A stretch of DNA of 24,000 nt from Aeromonas phage avDM12-TAAL: sequence record OP380604.1. One strand, written 5' to 3'. The first letter of the stretch is position 1. Each line of letters starts with the position of its first letter. Shown piece by piece: positions 23,162 through 24,000 of the stretch. Under the pieces are notes generated by a model, which saw only the letters and a list, made by a program, of their open reading frames with translations, searched no databases and was not told the DNA's origin. The position numbers and the translations under genes were made by a program.

Positions 23162-23515
23162 ATGAATATGGTAAAAATGAAACGATACTATGCTTTCAGA
23201 GCGAATAAAGTCTTCGCCGTTAACTCTTATAGACTCCCGTTGCGAGTAGCGATGATTGCCGATTTCATCTTTGAACAGGATGATTTCGGCACGCTACTCA
23301 GTCAAAAGAATCGAGCTTACAAAAAAGGTCATATCTATGAAAATATGACTGCCGTGATCCGACACCTTGAGCGACAGGGACATTATTTTAACATCGAAGA
23401 CGGCATTCCTCTTGTTAGCGAAACCGAATTAGAGGGAAAGCTTTTAGATGCCGCAAATGATTATTGTAACCGGGGCTGTTGTTCAAGGGCTTGCTCCGAA
23501 CTGGGAAGATTCTGA
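23162..23515 (+). CDS. hypothetical protein, 117 aa
   Basis: GAGGTGA Shine-Dalgarno before ATG; in-series. Confidence 0.7.
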   Translation: MNMVKMKRYYAFRANKVFAVNSYRLPLRVAMIADFIFEQDDFGTLLSQKNRAYKKGHIYENMTAVIRHLERQGHYFNIEDGIPLVSETELEGKLLDAANDYCNRGCCSRACSELGRF

Positions 23516-23708
23516 CGTAAAAACTACGGTTGATATTAACCTAGAAGATTATCAAATGACTGAGGTAGAGGTAACACTTTATCGTGATCACAAGAATGTA
23601 GTAACATCAAGCCTAGTCGTGCTAAATGATGGACACCAAATTAGATTTAAGGGTAATGCGCTTTTCAACGCCGATATTACCTTGCGCGAAGTGGGTTATG
23701 AAGTATGA
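23448..23708 (+). CDS. hypothetical protein, 86 aa, overlapping the upstream ORF by 68 nt
   Basis: Coherent ORF, coupled to the next (ATGA-type overlap). Confidence 0.6.
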   Translation: MPQMIIVTGAVVQGLAPNWEDSDVKTTVDINLEDYQMTEVEVTLYRDHKNVVTSSLVVLNDGHQIRFKGNALFNADITLREVGYEV

Positions 23709-23998
23709 ATGCCAAATTAGAACTAATTAAGGATATCGTTGCTACCGTTTCTCTTATCATCAAACTTGAGGTAGACGGTGAAATCCTTGACACACAACAA
23801 AATCTGATCGACTTTTTGAATGAAGCTGGGTTCCGCACTGTTCGAGGACTAGAATTCACCAAAATGAGTTTCAGACAGATGATAGGTAGACTCACACCGG
23901 AAGAACGTATGGAAGTTCTTTCTGAGTTCTCGGCACAAGAGCATTATGAAATGCTGAACGCAATGCTGGGTCCTCGCAGTGACGTAGACTATGCATAA
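23705..23998 (+). CDS. hypothetical protein, 97 aa
   Basis: ATG overlaps the previous stop; in-series. Confidence 0.7.
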   Translation: MNAKLELIKDIVATVSLIIKLEVDGEILDTQQNLIDFLNEAGFRTVRGLEFTKMSFRQMIGRLTPEERMEVLSEFSAQEHYEMLNAMLGPRSDVDYA

Positions 23999-24000
23999 AA

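Noticed and set aside
1-24000. CRISPR array, transposon, integrase, homing endonuclease or split-gene intron
   Set aside because: No regularly spaced direct repeats, no terminal inverted repeats around an ORF, no GIY-YIG/HNH/LAGLIDADG-like ORF, and all core genes are uninterrupted.

Overview
The window is a contiguous, all plus-strand early/replication block of a T4-like (tailed, myovirus-type) bacteriophage. Gene order is: sliding clamp gp45 (3' end only), clamp loader gp44 and gp62, translational repressor RegA, family B DNA polymerase gp43, UvsX recombinase, an unassigned 241-aa ORF, a small ORF in the gp40 position, helicase gp41, a small conserved-looking ORF, primase gp61, trimeric dUTPase, DexA-like exonuclease, two small ORFs, a MazG-like NTP pyrophosphohydrolase, topoisomerase II large subunit gp39 (one uninterrupted 613-aa ORF), a CYTH-domain protein with an overlapping 103-aa partner, rIIA, rIIB, a Nudix hydrolase, a small ORF, a ~325-nt structured noncoding gap, a 170-aa ORF, topoisomerase medium subunit gp52, and a cluster of small ORFs. 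No tRNA, CRISPR, transposon or homing endonuclease was seen. The most interesting signals are: (1) repeated superposition of sigma70-like promoters with perfect inverted repeats or intrinsic terminators at operon boundaries; (2) short SD-preceded leader ORFs upstream of gp43, uvsX, rIIA and rIIB, three of them starting M-x-x-M-[K/R], with the gp43 leader placed so that a single +1 slip would enter the polymerase frame (the polymerase ORF otherwise starts at TTG); (3) the CYTH gene plus its overlapping small partner; (4) the multi-hairpin intergenic region at 20098-20422. All homology calls come from recalled family motifs and T4 sequences; no search was run.
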